A DNA stretch of 64,000 bases from a virus. Position 1 is the first letter of the stretch, and every line of letters begins with the position of its first letter. The notes under the pieces were generated by a model. The model worked only from the letters and a program-made list of their open reading frames with translations. It did not search any database and had not been told where the DNA came from. Below, piece after piece: positions 7,976-16,349 of this stretch. The DNA lies in the IMG/VR virus record IMGVR_UViG_3300005613_000026, positions 1-64,000 of that record; one strand, written 5' to 3'. The position numbers and the translations under genes were made by a program.

Positions 7976-10597
7976 TTATCCAAAAATATCGGCAGATTCG
8001 ACACCTTTTTTGGCAGCTTTTCTCATATCTTCACGAGCATTAATAAATTGCTCTACAACTTTCTTAGGTTGTTTTGAAACTTTTGTACCCCAGAATCCCT
8101 CTGTAGCTAAAGCCTCGACTGCTCTAGTATCTACAATAGATAAATCAATTTTTTCTACAAAATCCCTCATATCAGGTTTAAAAGGTTGATTCTCTACTAT
8201 GTTCTTTACAACATTACTCCCTATTCCCTTACAATGTAAACTAGGTCTAATCTCAGTTACTACTCCTTCTTTCGGATCTCCTACTTTTTCTATCGTATAA
8301 AACTCTTTAGAATTATTAATACTACGAGGTAAAAATTTAACATTCATTTTCTTTGTAAATTCTTTCTCGAATGCCGCAATTTTATCATACTTATCTGCAA
8401 CATGAGAGTTCAAAGTCACATCCATCAGAGAGCAAATAAACTCATTAGGATAATTAGCTTTAAGATACGCTGTAATATATGAGTTATAACCGTAACAAGC
8501 CGAATGAGCCTGGTTAAATCCATAAGAAGAGAATGGTTTAATAAACTTATCCCAATATTGTTGAGCAACACCATTCGGAACCCCATTCTCAACGCAACCA
8601 CTAATAAATTGCTTTTCAAATTTAGCCATCAAAAACTCTTTCTTTTTACCGATAGCTTTAATCATAATATATCCATCAGTAATAGTAAAATTGGCTAAAG
8701 CATTACAAATCTGCATGACCTGTTCTTGATAACAATTGGAAATAAGTATTCCATTACCAAATAAATTATGATTATCAGCTACAGACATTCCATAAAATTG
8801 AGCATCCTTTATTTTCTCTATAGACCGTATTTTGTAAAAAAATAAATGAGATTTATGAAAACCGTAATCATTTATAAACGAACCATTACACAAAGCACTC
8901 ACAGAGATCACATCTCTTTTATTATAATTACTTCTATTTATTTTATATTTTTTACAAAATGCCCTAACTGAAAGATCTTCTAATTTTCTTTTTTCCTCCA
9001 CATATGACTTTTTATAAAAAACTGTCTTACACTTCCATAGGACTTTAGCATCTTTCTTAATATTCTTCAAAACCATATAAGGAGCAATGTCATCTTTTAC
9101 TCTCCTTCCATTCTGAAAATATATTTTATTATCTTTTAATCTTGTTTCTATTGCAAGCCAATCGCACAGATGCCTCACATCCTCAAGAAGATCTTTATTC
9201 ACACTTGTGTAATTCACATATAAACGATTATCTTTACCATAACCAATATAGCCATCAGAATCAATTAGCCCAGCCAATAACGCTCTTTGAGACTCTTCTG
9301 TCATTTTAAAAATTATAGGAGGTATCCTCTTATTGTAACAATTCTTTCTTAAATCCAAATCATCAATTAATTTTCCAAATTTTGTCTTTCTATTACCACA
9401 ATTTACTTCCTTCCAATCCTCAACGAGTTCATCACAACTAATAGAGATATACCAACTTCTTGTATGAAAATATCTATGAGTTTTTAGTTTTGGCAAACGA
9501 TTATTTATCCATTTTTCTAATATCTCACTTTTTTCCTCATCTCCCACACAAATATTAACTCCTTTATGAATATTTCCGTCCCCAATTAACATCCCTATTA
9601 AATAAGAAACATCTTCATCCATCCCCAACCATGAAAAACAATTATATTTATCTGTATCAATACCCCTACACAAAACGGAAGGGCATCCAACTAAATCTAA
9701 ATCTAAATCTAAATCTTTTACCTCTTTCATCCCCTCCCATGTGTAAACTTTATGATCATCTGTTAAAGTTACAGACCTCCCATTGGACAAAGTTACTTTA
9801 TAGCCATCACACCTGCGAGTTGGGGCACATCCATGACACTCTTTTTCCTCTACAAAGGTTGAATCAGGATATGACAATACCATATCTGATTTTCTAACAT
9901 CCTTAATGGGTTTATGAGATCCATCTGCCATACTAATTAATGTATCTTCATGTATGCACAATACTCCATAAGTTTTCTCTAAATATGGTTTCACATAAGG
10001 TTCAATAGACTTGTGAAAATAACTGACAGACTTTTCGCCTCTCTTGCGAGCGCAATATTCAGGAATACTATCCATAGGACCAGGGCGATACAAAGCCAGA
10101 CCTGCAACTACATCATCAAAACGGTCTACACCAATATCTCTCATTGTCCTCTGCATACCGTATCTCTCGCATTGGAACACTCCTCCCAGATTCCCCCTTC
10201 GATATAGTTCTAAAGTCGGATCATCATCTAAAGGAAGATTCTCAATATCAAGATCTATATCATAATTCTCTTTTACTCTCTCCGCTGTTTTCTTAATAAC
10301 AGAAAGGGTAGCGATAGCAAGAATATCAAATTTTATTAAACCAAGTAGTTCCAAATCTTCATTCGGGAACTGAGTCGCAAGCACTCCTTTTTTAGCTGTT
10401 CTAAGAGGAGCTATCTCATCAAGAGGTACGTTAGACACTACCATCCCAGCAGCGTGAGAATTATGAACAATTACATTATTTGCTATATAATTATGTTCAC
10501 TCTGAAAAAAATCGGGACCAGTGTCAATAGAGACATCATAAACATCTTTAAAATCTAACTCTTGTATAGAATCTATTTCATAAAGTTCAATGTCCAT
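7976..10597 (-). CDS. dnaE: DNA polymerase III alpha (DnaE), fragment 3: split-intein IntC + palm/fingers/HhH, with an internal LAGLIDADG intein
   Basis: HN|SHAAG, LIKFDIL, GVFQ, ALYRPGP, YGVL|intein|CYQEQ, YGFNQAHS, AYLKANYP and KGIG motifs. Confidence 0.95.
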   Translation of the reverse strand: MDIELYEIDSIQELDFKDVYDVSIDTGPDFFQSEHNYIANNVIVHNSHAAGMVVSNVPLDEIAPLRTAKKGVLATQFPNEDLELLGLIKFDILAIATLSVIKKTAERVKENYDIDLDIENLPLDDDPTLELYRRGNLGGVFQCERYGMQRTMRDIGVDRFDDVVAGLALYRPGPMDSIPEYCARKRGEKSVSYFHKSIEPYVKPYLEKTYGVLCIHEDTLISMADGSHKPIKDVRKSDMVLSYPDSTFVEEKECHGCAPTRRCDGYKVTLSNGRSVTLTDDHKVYTWEGMKEVKDLDLDLDLVGCPSVLCRGIDTDKYNCFSWLGMDEDVSYLIGMLIGDGNIHKGVNICVGDEEKSEILEKWINNRLPKLKTHRYFHTRSWYISISCDELVEDWKEVNCGNRKTKFGKLIDDLDLRKNCYNKRIPPIIFKMTEESQRALLAGLIDSDGYIGYGKDNRLYVNYTSVNKDLLEDVRHLCDWLAIETRLKDNKIYFQNGRRVKDDIAPYMVLKNIKKDAKVLWKCKTVFYKKSYVEEKRKLEDLSVRAFCKKYKINRSNYNKRDVISVSALCNGSFINDYGFHKSHLFFYKIRSIEKIKDAQFYGMSVADNHNLFGNGILISNCYQEQVMQICNALANFTITDGYIMIKAIGKKKEFLMAKFEKQFISGCVENGVPNGVAQQYWDKFIKPFSSYGFNQAHSACYGYNSYITAYLKANYPNEFICSLMDVTLNSHVADKYDKIAAFEKEFTKKMNVKFLPRSINNSKEFYTIEKVGDPKEGVVTEIRPSLHCKGIGSNVVKNIVENQPFKPDMRDFVEKIDLSIVDTRAVEALATEGFWGTKVSKQPKKVVEQFINAREDMRKAAKKGVESADIFG
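8735..9958 (-). mobile_element. Contiguous 408-aa intein with LAGLIDADG homing endonuclease in DnaE
   Basis: Starts CIHEDT; block B TLTDDHKV; LIGMLIGDG and LAGLIDSDG motifs; ends GILISN before C+1. Confidence 0.93.
10460..10597 (-). mobile_element. Split intein C-half (IntC, 46 aa) of DnaE
   Basis: MDIELYEIDSIQELDFKDVYDVSI...HNYIANNVIVHN followed by Ser+1 (SHAAG). Confidence 0.92.
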
Positions 10598-10847
10598 AAG
10601 ATTCCATCCTCAATTTTTTTAAAATTGACCATAAATCTTGTAATTCCTTAACATACTCATCTCTATCATATATTACAATTTTACTAACTTTTGTAGCCCA
10701 TACTAAAGCTTCCCTATGGGTTAAAAACCCATCTTTAACAACTTCCCATCCATCTTTTTTTATCTTCCATTCTTCACTAACTATATCATACTCTATAAAA
10801 ACTTCTTCATATTCGAATTGCTCATCTTCCAAATCTTTTATTAACAT
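10587..10847 (-). CDS. Small protein, DUF2188-like (tentative)
   Basis: WKIKKDG...FLTHREALVWA...IVIYDRD pattern; overlaps both neighbours. Confidence 0.45.
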   Translation of the reverse strand: MLIKDLEDEQFEYEEVFIEYDIVSEEWKIKKDGWEVVKDGFLTHREALVWATKVSKIVIYDRDEYVKELQDLWSILKKLRMESYGH

Positions 10848-11710
10848 TTAAACTCTCCTAACTTCTTGCAAATTCTATCTTTAACCTCTTCATCGCTCAT
10901 CTCTACAAAATCTTTTTCCCAAAAAACTAAAGTTTCATAACCACTATCAATACCTAGTTGCATCTTCTTAGCATCGTAATCCCATATATCCTTTGCTTTT
11001 CTTTTTTTGCTAGATATTATTATCTCACTTTTAGCATCATAAAATTCGGGATTAGCATGAAAATAATTTCCATTCATTTCTACCAATAACTTCCCATCAA
11101 CAAAAAAATCAAACAGTCTCCATTTCGTCTTACCATTTTCATAATAACTTAATGAAAAATTTCTAATATAATAAATACTATTCTGATCTAAAATTTTAGC
11201 CATTCTTTTTTCAGTGGACTTTGGATTTCTATTTCTATTAAAACTTTTCCAAGCTTTCTTTAATATCTTTAAATTCCTTTTCTTTCTCTTCTCAAAATTA
11301 GGAGCAGTATAAAATGGATTATTTAAACCTTCCCTTTGTTTCGCATATGACATAATAGCAGGATGATCATATTTCGTAAGACCCTTATTCCACAACCCAT
11401 CTCTCTCTATTTGATTCTTAGATGCCTCAGAAACATTTCTCATTTTAATTTGATAATAATGCATAGTATCAAGAAGAGTTTTTTTATTAACTTCCAACTC
11501 TTGACTCATCATTGGTGTAGATTTTTTTTCTTTTACATACATTTTAATTAAATTCTTTTTAGAAAACCTATCATCTTTTTCATACTTCCACTTATAAACC
11601 AGAATGGGACAATGATTCTTTTTCTTTTCTTTGCCATAAGAACTAGTTATATGTCTTTCCAAAGATACTCTTTTATTAAATTCTTTTCCGCAAATCTTAC
11701 ATTTATTCAT
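10841..11710 (-). CDS. Free-standing homing endonuclease, Vsr/DUF559-like PD-(D/E)XK, between the DnaE intein halves
   Basis: Likely start MNKCKICG at 11710 (GGGAGG SD). N-terminal C2H2-like finger, WNKGLTK and NNPFY motifs, C-terminal FDFF...LVEMNGNYFH...FWEKD. Confidence 0.85.
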   Translation of the reverse strand: MNKCKICGKEFNKRVSLERHITSSYGKEKKKNHCPILVYKWKYEKDDRFSKKNLIKMYVKEKKSTPMMSQELEVNKKTLLDTMHYYQIKMRNVSEASKNQIERDGLWNKGLTKYDHPAIMSYAKQREGLNNPFYTAPNFEKRKKRNLKILKKAWKSFNRNRNPKSTEKRMAKILDQNSIYYIRNFSLSYYENGKTKWRLFDFFVDGKLLVEMNGNYFHANPEFYDAKSEIIISSKKRKAKDIWDYDAKKMQLGIDSGYETLVFWEKDFVEMSDEEVKDRICKKLGEFKC

Positions 11711-11777
11711 TATTATACCTCCCGCAAGAAATAACACTGCTGGCATAATAATTCTACTATTCCTCAAAAAATCCTTT
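11709..11777 (-). promoter_or_regulatory. Class-2 promoter (AAGGA-N15-TAGAAT) overlapping a hairpin that sequesters the endonuclease RBS/start
   Basis: RNA arms AUUAUUAUGCC (11742-11752) and GGUAUAAUAAU (11709-11719) form an 11-bp stem; AAAGGATTTT lies at 11768-11777. Confidence 0.7.
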
Positions 11778-12767
11778 TTTTATTCCATAAATTTTGTATT
11801 TTTCTTTATTCTTTCTAATTTTTTCAAACTCAACACATCCTTGATCTGTAAAAATAAGATGCTCATCAGTTACATCTATAAATCCACCATCTTTGAGTTT
11901 TAATCTATATGTTTTCTTCCTACCTGTTTTAAATAATCTATACTTGTTAGTATAGAAGATATTTCCATCCTTATTAATATATGCTATAGAAAATTTAGTA
12001 GAGAGTTGATCTATTCTCGTCCATCCCTTATCAGTCAAGATAGGTGTATCTTTAGCTAAACACCCGAAATTAACAAATACATTTTCAATAACAGGTGCAT
12101 GTTTTTTTATTTCAGGATAAAGATCCATAAATTCTCTAAAAGTAGAGCAATGAGCATAAGCATCCTCATATGTTTTAATAATATGGTCTTTCCCGTCATC
12201 GTGATCTCTAACCTTTACTAACCCCTTCTTTGGGAAAGGCTCTAGAATCTCAGTGACCTTTGCTGCATTTTCTGTCTTATAGGCATCAGGTCCTTTATGA
12301 AATGCTTGAGCTATATCAAGAGCTTTTGTGACTCTGGTAATACAGGATTTAAATTTAAGCAATCCATGAGTCCCAATATTCCCAACATTCTCCCTGCCAT
12401 ATCTGTCAATAATATACTTGTAGACTGCATCTCTATTCTCATCATCAAAGTCTGTATCAATATCAGGAAATCCTGCCCTTGCAAAAGCTCTACGAGTAGG
12501 CAGAAAATCCCCAGACGGTTTAAAATCTGTCATTTTAAGAGCATATGCTGTCCAACTATTGATATCATTTTTATTTCCTACTTTACCCTGATTAGCCTTC
12601 CATATAGAATAAAAAACATCTAGATTATTCTTATTCTCTAGTCCTTCCGTAGAAGACAAAATATCTAATTCTTCTTCCACTTTTTGAGTGATTTGTGCTA
12701 ACTTGGGATTATCTTTATGAATAATCTTAACACAATCTAATATTTCAGCTTTTTTGTCTTTACTCAT
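11757..12767 (-). CDS. dnaE: DnaE fragment 2: palm (PDIDTDF) and thumb + split-intein IntN
   Basis: GFPDIDTDFD, YIIDRYGRENVGNIGT, then VNFG|CLAKDTPILTDKG. Confidence 0.95.
   Translation of the reverse strand: MSKDKKAEILDCVKIIHKDNPKLAQITQKVEEELDILSSTEGLENKNNLDVFYSIWKANQGKVGNKNDINSWTAYALKMTDFKPSGDFLPTRRAFARAGFPDIDTDFDDENRDAVYKYIIDRYGRENVGNIGTHGLLKFKSCITRVTKALDIAQAFHKGPDAYKTENAAKVTEILEPFPKKGLVKVRDHDDGKDHIIKTYEDAYAHCSTFREFMDLYPEIKKHAPVIENVFVNFGCLAKDTPILTDKGWTRIDQLSTKFSIAYINKDGNIFYTNKYRLFKTGRKKTYRLKLKDGGFIDVTDEHLIFTDQGCVEFEKIRKNKEKYKIYGIKKGFFEE
11760..12062 (-). mobile_element. Split intein N-half (IntN, 101 aa) of DnaE
   Basis: Block A CLAKDTPILT and block B DVTDEHLIFT; the ORF stops without blocks F/G. 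Confidence 0.92.
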
Positions 12768-12803
12768 GAATTACACCAATTTCTCCATTTATAACACCAA
12801 GAT

Positions 12804-12832
12804 AGTATACACTCTGATTTTTCACTTTTCAA
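12804..12832 (-). promoter_or_regulatory. Class-1 promoter TTGAAA-N17-TATACT directly upstream of DnaE fragment 2
   Basis: Minus strand reads TTGAAA AGTGAAAAATCAGAGTG TATACT, followed by GGAG and ATG. Confidence 0.75.
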
Positions 12833-12840
12833 GTTTTTTA

Positions 12841-13035
12841 TTAAAAAACCATCAATTTAAATCTTTCTCTTATATCACTAATGTAATAATCACATATTAC
12901 GGGTTTTAATTTAGGCTTATAACGTGGGGCAAAAAGAGCTTCTACATAATCATCTGGCATCAATCTTTGCCAATATTGTCTTAGCATATTTTTAGCATTA
13001 TCATCCAATTCTACTATTCGAACCAAATCAGCCAT
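12841..13035 (-). CDS. Small hypothetical protein between DnaE fragments 1 and 2
   Basis: 64 aa, TAATG-coupled to fragment 1; ends RERFKLMVF. Confidence 0.6.
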   Translation of the reverse strand: MADLVRIVELDDNAKNMLRQYWQRLMPDDYVEALFAPRYKPKLKPVICDYYISDIRERFKLMVF

Positions 13036-14474
13036 TAGTATCTATCTACTCCACCCATGTCAAACTCATATTCCCTATCATCATCTAGGTCATCCTTATC
13101 AAGAACTTTTTGAATTAAATCAACATCAAATCCAAAATCAGATTCATTAAGAAATCTCTTATTATCGAAACCTAAGAATCTTTCCCAAAGAAGATTCATC
13201 TCCACGGGATCTACTCCATAAGTTATGCCTAAACATCTTAAAAGAACACTGGCATAACCAGACCCTCTTCCAGGCCCAACTAAAATACCCTTTTTTCTAG
13301 CATTTATTATATAATCTCTTACAATAAGAAAATAGGTACTAAAATCATAATTATTAGAATCATAAGCTACTTGAACATCTTTAAGCTCTTTCTTCAAAGC
13401 ATCAACGTGTTTTTTACTCTTATCCCATCCTATCTTTTTCATGCCTTCCCAAGCTAAATCTTTAAGATAATCATAAGAATTTGAATATTTTTCAGGAATT
13501 TTAAATTCTGGCAACCGCATGCCTCCAAATAAATTTTCCTCAATATCTTTAGTATTAATTCTTTCTGCCATCCTAACTGAATTAGTGAAACATTCAGGAT
13601 GACTACCAAAAATCTTTGCCATCTCTTGGGCACTTTTAAGATAAAACTCCATATGAGTAAAACTTAATCTCTTAGGATCTCTAAGACATCTGCCTTGAGA
13701 CATACACATAAGCACTTCTTGAGATGGACCTTGTTCTTTATGAATATAATGGCTATCATTTGTACAAATAACAGGAATACTCAAATCCTTAGATAACTTA
13801 AATATATCAGGAAGAATTTCTCTTTCTTCGGGAATACCATGATACATAGCTTCTAAGAAAAAATTGCCATCAAAGACATCATTTAATAACCCAGCAGCTT
13901 CTCTAGCCTTATCATATCTACCATACATTAAATTAACATTGATAATACTAGACATACAAGCAGAGCTACCCATTACACCCTCTGAATGAGCAGCTAAGGC
14001 ATTAATATCTATACGAGGATCAGAATAAAAACCTTCTACAAAAGAAGCCTGGGATAACCTACAAATATTCTGATAACCTTTATAATTCATTGCAAAGAGA
14101 TTTAGATGTCTATTACCTTTTCTTCCATCAGGCTGATTCTTTTTAGGTTCCCCTCTCTTCTTTTTCTTATCATCATATTGCCCAATATCCATTTTTCTAG
14201 ATACATAAGTTTCGCACCCCAAAATGGGTTTAATTGAGGGATATGGTATGTCTTTATTTTTCTTGTCTTTAGTTGCTCTGCATTCCTTTAAGAATTTAAT
14301 CCATCCCATTATATTCCCGTGATCGCTAATAGCCATAGCTGGAAAACCCATTTTTCTAGCTTGTAAAACTAACTGATCTAATTTTGCAAGACCATCAAAT
14401 TGTGAAAATTCTGAATGTACATGCCAGTGCACAAAATCTTCATTTCGAAATTCCATAAAATATTTCTCCATCAA
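13035..14474 (-). CDS. dnaE: DnaE fragment 1: PHP domain + start of palm (GRGS motif), no intein
   Basis: HWHVHSEFSQFDG, SDHG, GCETY, RHL, SACM, TNDSHY, YFLIV, GPGRGSG and LLWERFL motifs, then an acidic tail and stop. Confidence 0.95.
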   Translation of the reverse strand: MMEKYFMEFRNEDFVHWHVHSEFSQFDGLAKLDQLVLQARKMGFPAMAISDHGNIMGWIKFLKECRATKDKKNKDIPYPSIKPILGCETYVSRKMDIGQYDDKKKKRGEPKKNQPDGRKGNRHLNLFAMNYKGYQNICRLSQASFVEGFYSDPRIDINALAAHSEGVMGSSACMSSIINVNLMYGRYDKAREAAGLLNDVFDGNFFLEAMYHGIPEEREILPDIFKLSKDLSIPVICTNDSHYIHKEQGPSQEVLMCMSQGRCLRDPKRLSFTHMEFYLKSAQEMAKIFGSHPECFTNSVRMAERINTKDIEENLFGGMRLPEFKIPEKYSNSYDYLKDLAWEGMKKIGWDKSKKHVDALKKELKDVQVAYDSNNYDFSTYFLIVRDYIINARKKGILVGPGRGSGYASVLLRCLGITYGVDPVEMNLLWERFLGFDNKRFLNESDFGFDVDLIQKVLDKDDLDDDREYEFDMGGVDRY

Positions 14475-14494
14475 TTATTTCTTCAGTAAATATA

Positions 14495-14692
14495 CTAATC
14501 CATATCTATAAGATCAACTCTACTTACTACTTCTCTTTTGTCAGTAAAAACCACCACTCCGTCATCATCAACAACTTCATATCCCTTTGGATAATTCTCC
14601 ACATGTATTTCTGCATATTTAGAGGCATCATCAGGTGTCTTATATTCTGTCTTCTTTCTATTTTCGCCTATAGGTTTAATAAAATATCCCAT
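14495..14692 (-). CDS. Hypothetical protein with C-terminal SRVDLIDMD motif
   Basis: 65-aa ORF in the operon. Confidence 0.65.
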   Translation of the reverse strand: MGYFIKPIGENRKKTEYKTPDDASKYAEIHVENYPKGYEVVDDDGVVVFTDKREVVSRVDLIDMD

Positions 14693-14694
14693 AA

Positions 14695-15060
14695 CTACTC
14701 ACTTTCAATATCTAAATAATCTAAACGGGTCAATCCTGGCTGAACTTGTATCATTCTATCAATCGTTGTAATAGCATTTATCTTAACAACATCACTATAA
14801 TCTACAGCTTTAATTGTTGTACAAGCCCCATGATCAAAAATAATGAAATCAACTTTCGGAGATTCAACCTTCTTAACTCTTACTTTATTATAAAAAATTT
14901 CCTTATAATCCCCCACGCTAGGAAAGTATTTTTTAAGTGTTAAAGAGAACTCTATTCTCTCTTTTTTGAGGTTATTAAGCAAAGTGGTAATAGTCTCTTC
15001 CTCGATAACTTTTTCATTACAAATTGTAGTAATAATATGTTCTTTCCTTACAAATCTCAT
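14695..15060 (-). CDS. Hypothetical protein with C-terminal TRLDYLDIESE motif
   Basis: 121-aa ORF with an ATGA overlap with the upstream gene. Confidence 0.65.
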   Translation of the reverse strand: MRFVRKEHIITTICNEKVIEEETITTLLNNLKKERIEFSLTLKKYFPSVGDYKEIFYNKVRVKKVESPKVDFIIFDHGACTTIKAVDYSDVVKINAITTIDRMIQVQPGLTRLDYLDIESE

Positions 15061-15233
15061 TCCCCGAATTCCTTTTGAAATAAATCCATCATTCTATCTC
15101 TTTCGGCAAAAGCAAAATCTGTATCACGAGCTGCCTTGCTATATAGGTCAGGAAGCATATCGGAAAACATCTTAATATCAGATTTTGAATAAGGGGTAAA
15201 ACAAACTTCATCTTCTTTACGTCTAGCATCCAT
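15057..15233 (-). CDS. Small hypothetical protein (58 aa, not in the ORF track)
   Basis: Manual translation MDARRKEDEVCFTPYSKSDIKMFSDMLPDLYSKAARDTDFAFAERDRMMDLFQKEFGE; AGGAG SD; fills the gap exactly. Confidence 0.7.
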   Translation of the reverse strand: MDARRKEDEVCFTPYSKSDIKMFSDMLPDLYSKAARDTDFAFAERDRMMDLFQKEFGE

Positions 15234-15250
15234 TAAATTCTCCTAAAATT

Positions 15251-15487
15251 CTACAACTTTATATGAACTGGTCTTAAAGGAGGCTCATCATCTCTTCTCC
15301 GACTCGTACTTTGAGTTGGCTGTGACTTTTCTCCTGGTCTTGGTTTTCTAGGACACATCGTCCCATCGGGAGCTTCGTAAGGTCTATCCTTATCATTAAA
15401 TTCCCTTATCTCTCTAAAAACCTCTTCTGTTTTAGGGTGTTTATACTCATAAAATTTATATGTTTTTCTCATAAAGTCCTCTAACAA
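15251..15487 (-). CDS. FmdB-like ribbon protein lacking CxxC pairs, paralog B
   Basis: FYEYKHPKTEEVFREIR...PYEAPDGTMCPR, similar to the adjacent ORF. Confidence 0.55.
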   Translation of the reverse strand: MLEDFMRKTYKFYEYKHPKTEEVFREIREFNDKDRPYEAPDGTMCPRKPRPGEKSQPTQSTSRRRDDEPPLRPVHIKL

Positions 15488-15741
15488 TGTCTAGTGGGAT
15501 CATATCTTTCTCTATGTCCATCTTGAAATCTAATATACTTAGGTTTTACTTTTTTTACATAATCTGGATCTGCTTCAAATGCTTCTCTATCAGACCTCCA
15601 CCCTCTTACGGTTTCAGGAACTTGAAGTCTTTCACATTTTGCTCCATCCTCTGCTATATAAGGCTTATCTATGTCTTTAAAGGGTCTAAGTTCTTCAAAT
15701 ATTTCCCCTGTTTCAGGATGCTTGAATTGGTAAATTGGCAT
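15481..15741 (-). CDS. FmdB-like ribbon protein lacking CxxC pairs, paralog A
   Basis: MPIYQFKHPETGEIFEELR...PYIAEDGAKCERL matches the MPxYxYxCxxCGxxFE layout with the Cys replaced. Confidence 0.6.
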   Translation of the reverse strand: MPIYQFKHPETGEIFEELRPFKDIDKPYIAEDGAKCERLQVPETVRGWRSDREAFEADPDYVKKVKPKYIRFQDGHRERYDPTRHC

Positions 15742-16334
15742 TACTCTTCCTCCTCTATATCCATTATATCAAATCTATTAAATTTATTTTTTTCTTCTCT
15801 TTCTTTTTCTCTCTTCAATTTTCTTTCTTTTTCTTCGGGAGATTCTGAAGAATAAAAAGATTGCTTTACAGACCATTCACCTAACGTAATATCAGGGGTA
15901 TCATCTTCAATAGGATAAAAGACTGAAGTTTGCGAGACTTCCTCAACATCATGATTTAGAGAAATAGTCCAAGACGTACCTCCAGCAGTATCAATTCCCC
16001 ATGAAGTACTTCCGTTCGTCGCTCCGAATATATTACAATCAGAATAATTCAACTGATAAGGATATATTAAATCATACAATAATCCACTATGACCATTATT
16101 CGCTTCGATATTTGAGACCTCTCCAGAAGTATCATCTCTGATCTCTTCTACACCATACGTATCCATCAAATTAATATTTCCAGGTGAATTTTGCAATATC
16201 TGATAAAACAAAAGAGGGACCTCTCCCTCAGGAACATTTTTCCTGTAATCCAGATAATATAGGCGAGCATTATGATACTTCTCTTCATCTTTAAAGACAA
16301 TTATCTTGCCCTCTGTGCAACACTCATAACTCAT
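15741..16334 (-). CDS. Hypothetical protein with C-terminal NRFDIMDIEEEE motif
   Basis: 197-aa ORF, TAATG-coupled to the next gene. Confidence 0.65.
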   Translation of the reverse strand: MSYECCTEGKIIVFKDEEKYHNARLYYLDYRKNVPEGEVPLLFYQILQNSPGNINLMDTYGVEEIRDDTSGEVSNIEANNGHSGLLYDLIYPYQLNYSDCNIFGATNGSTSWGIDTAGGTSWTISLNHDVEEVSQTSVFYPIEDDTPDITLGEWSVKQSFYSSESPEEKERKLKREKEREEKNKFNRFDIMDIEEEE

Positions 16335-16349
16335 TCTGTGTAACTCTTG

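Noticed and set aside
9692-9716. (taaatc)x4 microsatellite in the DnaE intein and a 9-bp x3 repeat near 27057-27085
   Set aside because: These are short in-frame low-complexity repeats (DLDLDL, KKS) with no evidence of function.
12490-13170. Group I/II intron joining DnaE fragments 1 and 2
   Set aside because: The interval is filled by coding sequence and a consensus promoter with an RBS, and I could not see intron core elements. Not formally excluded without RT-PCR or a covariance-model search.
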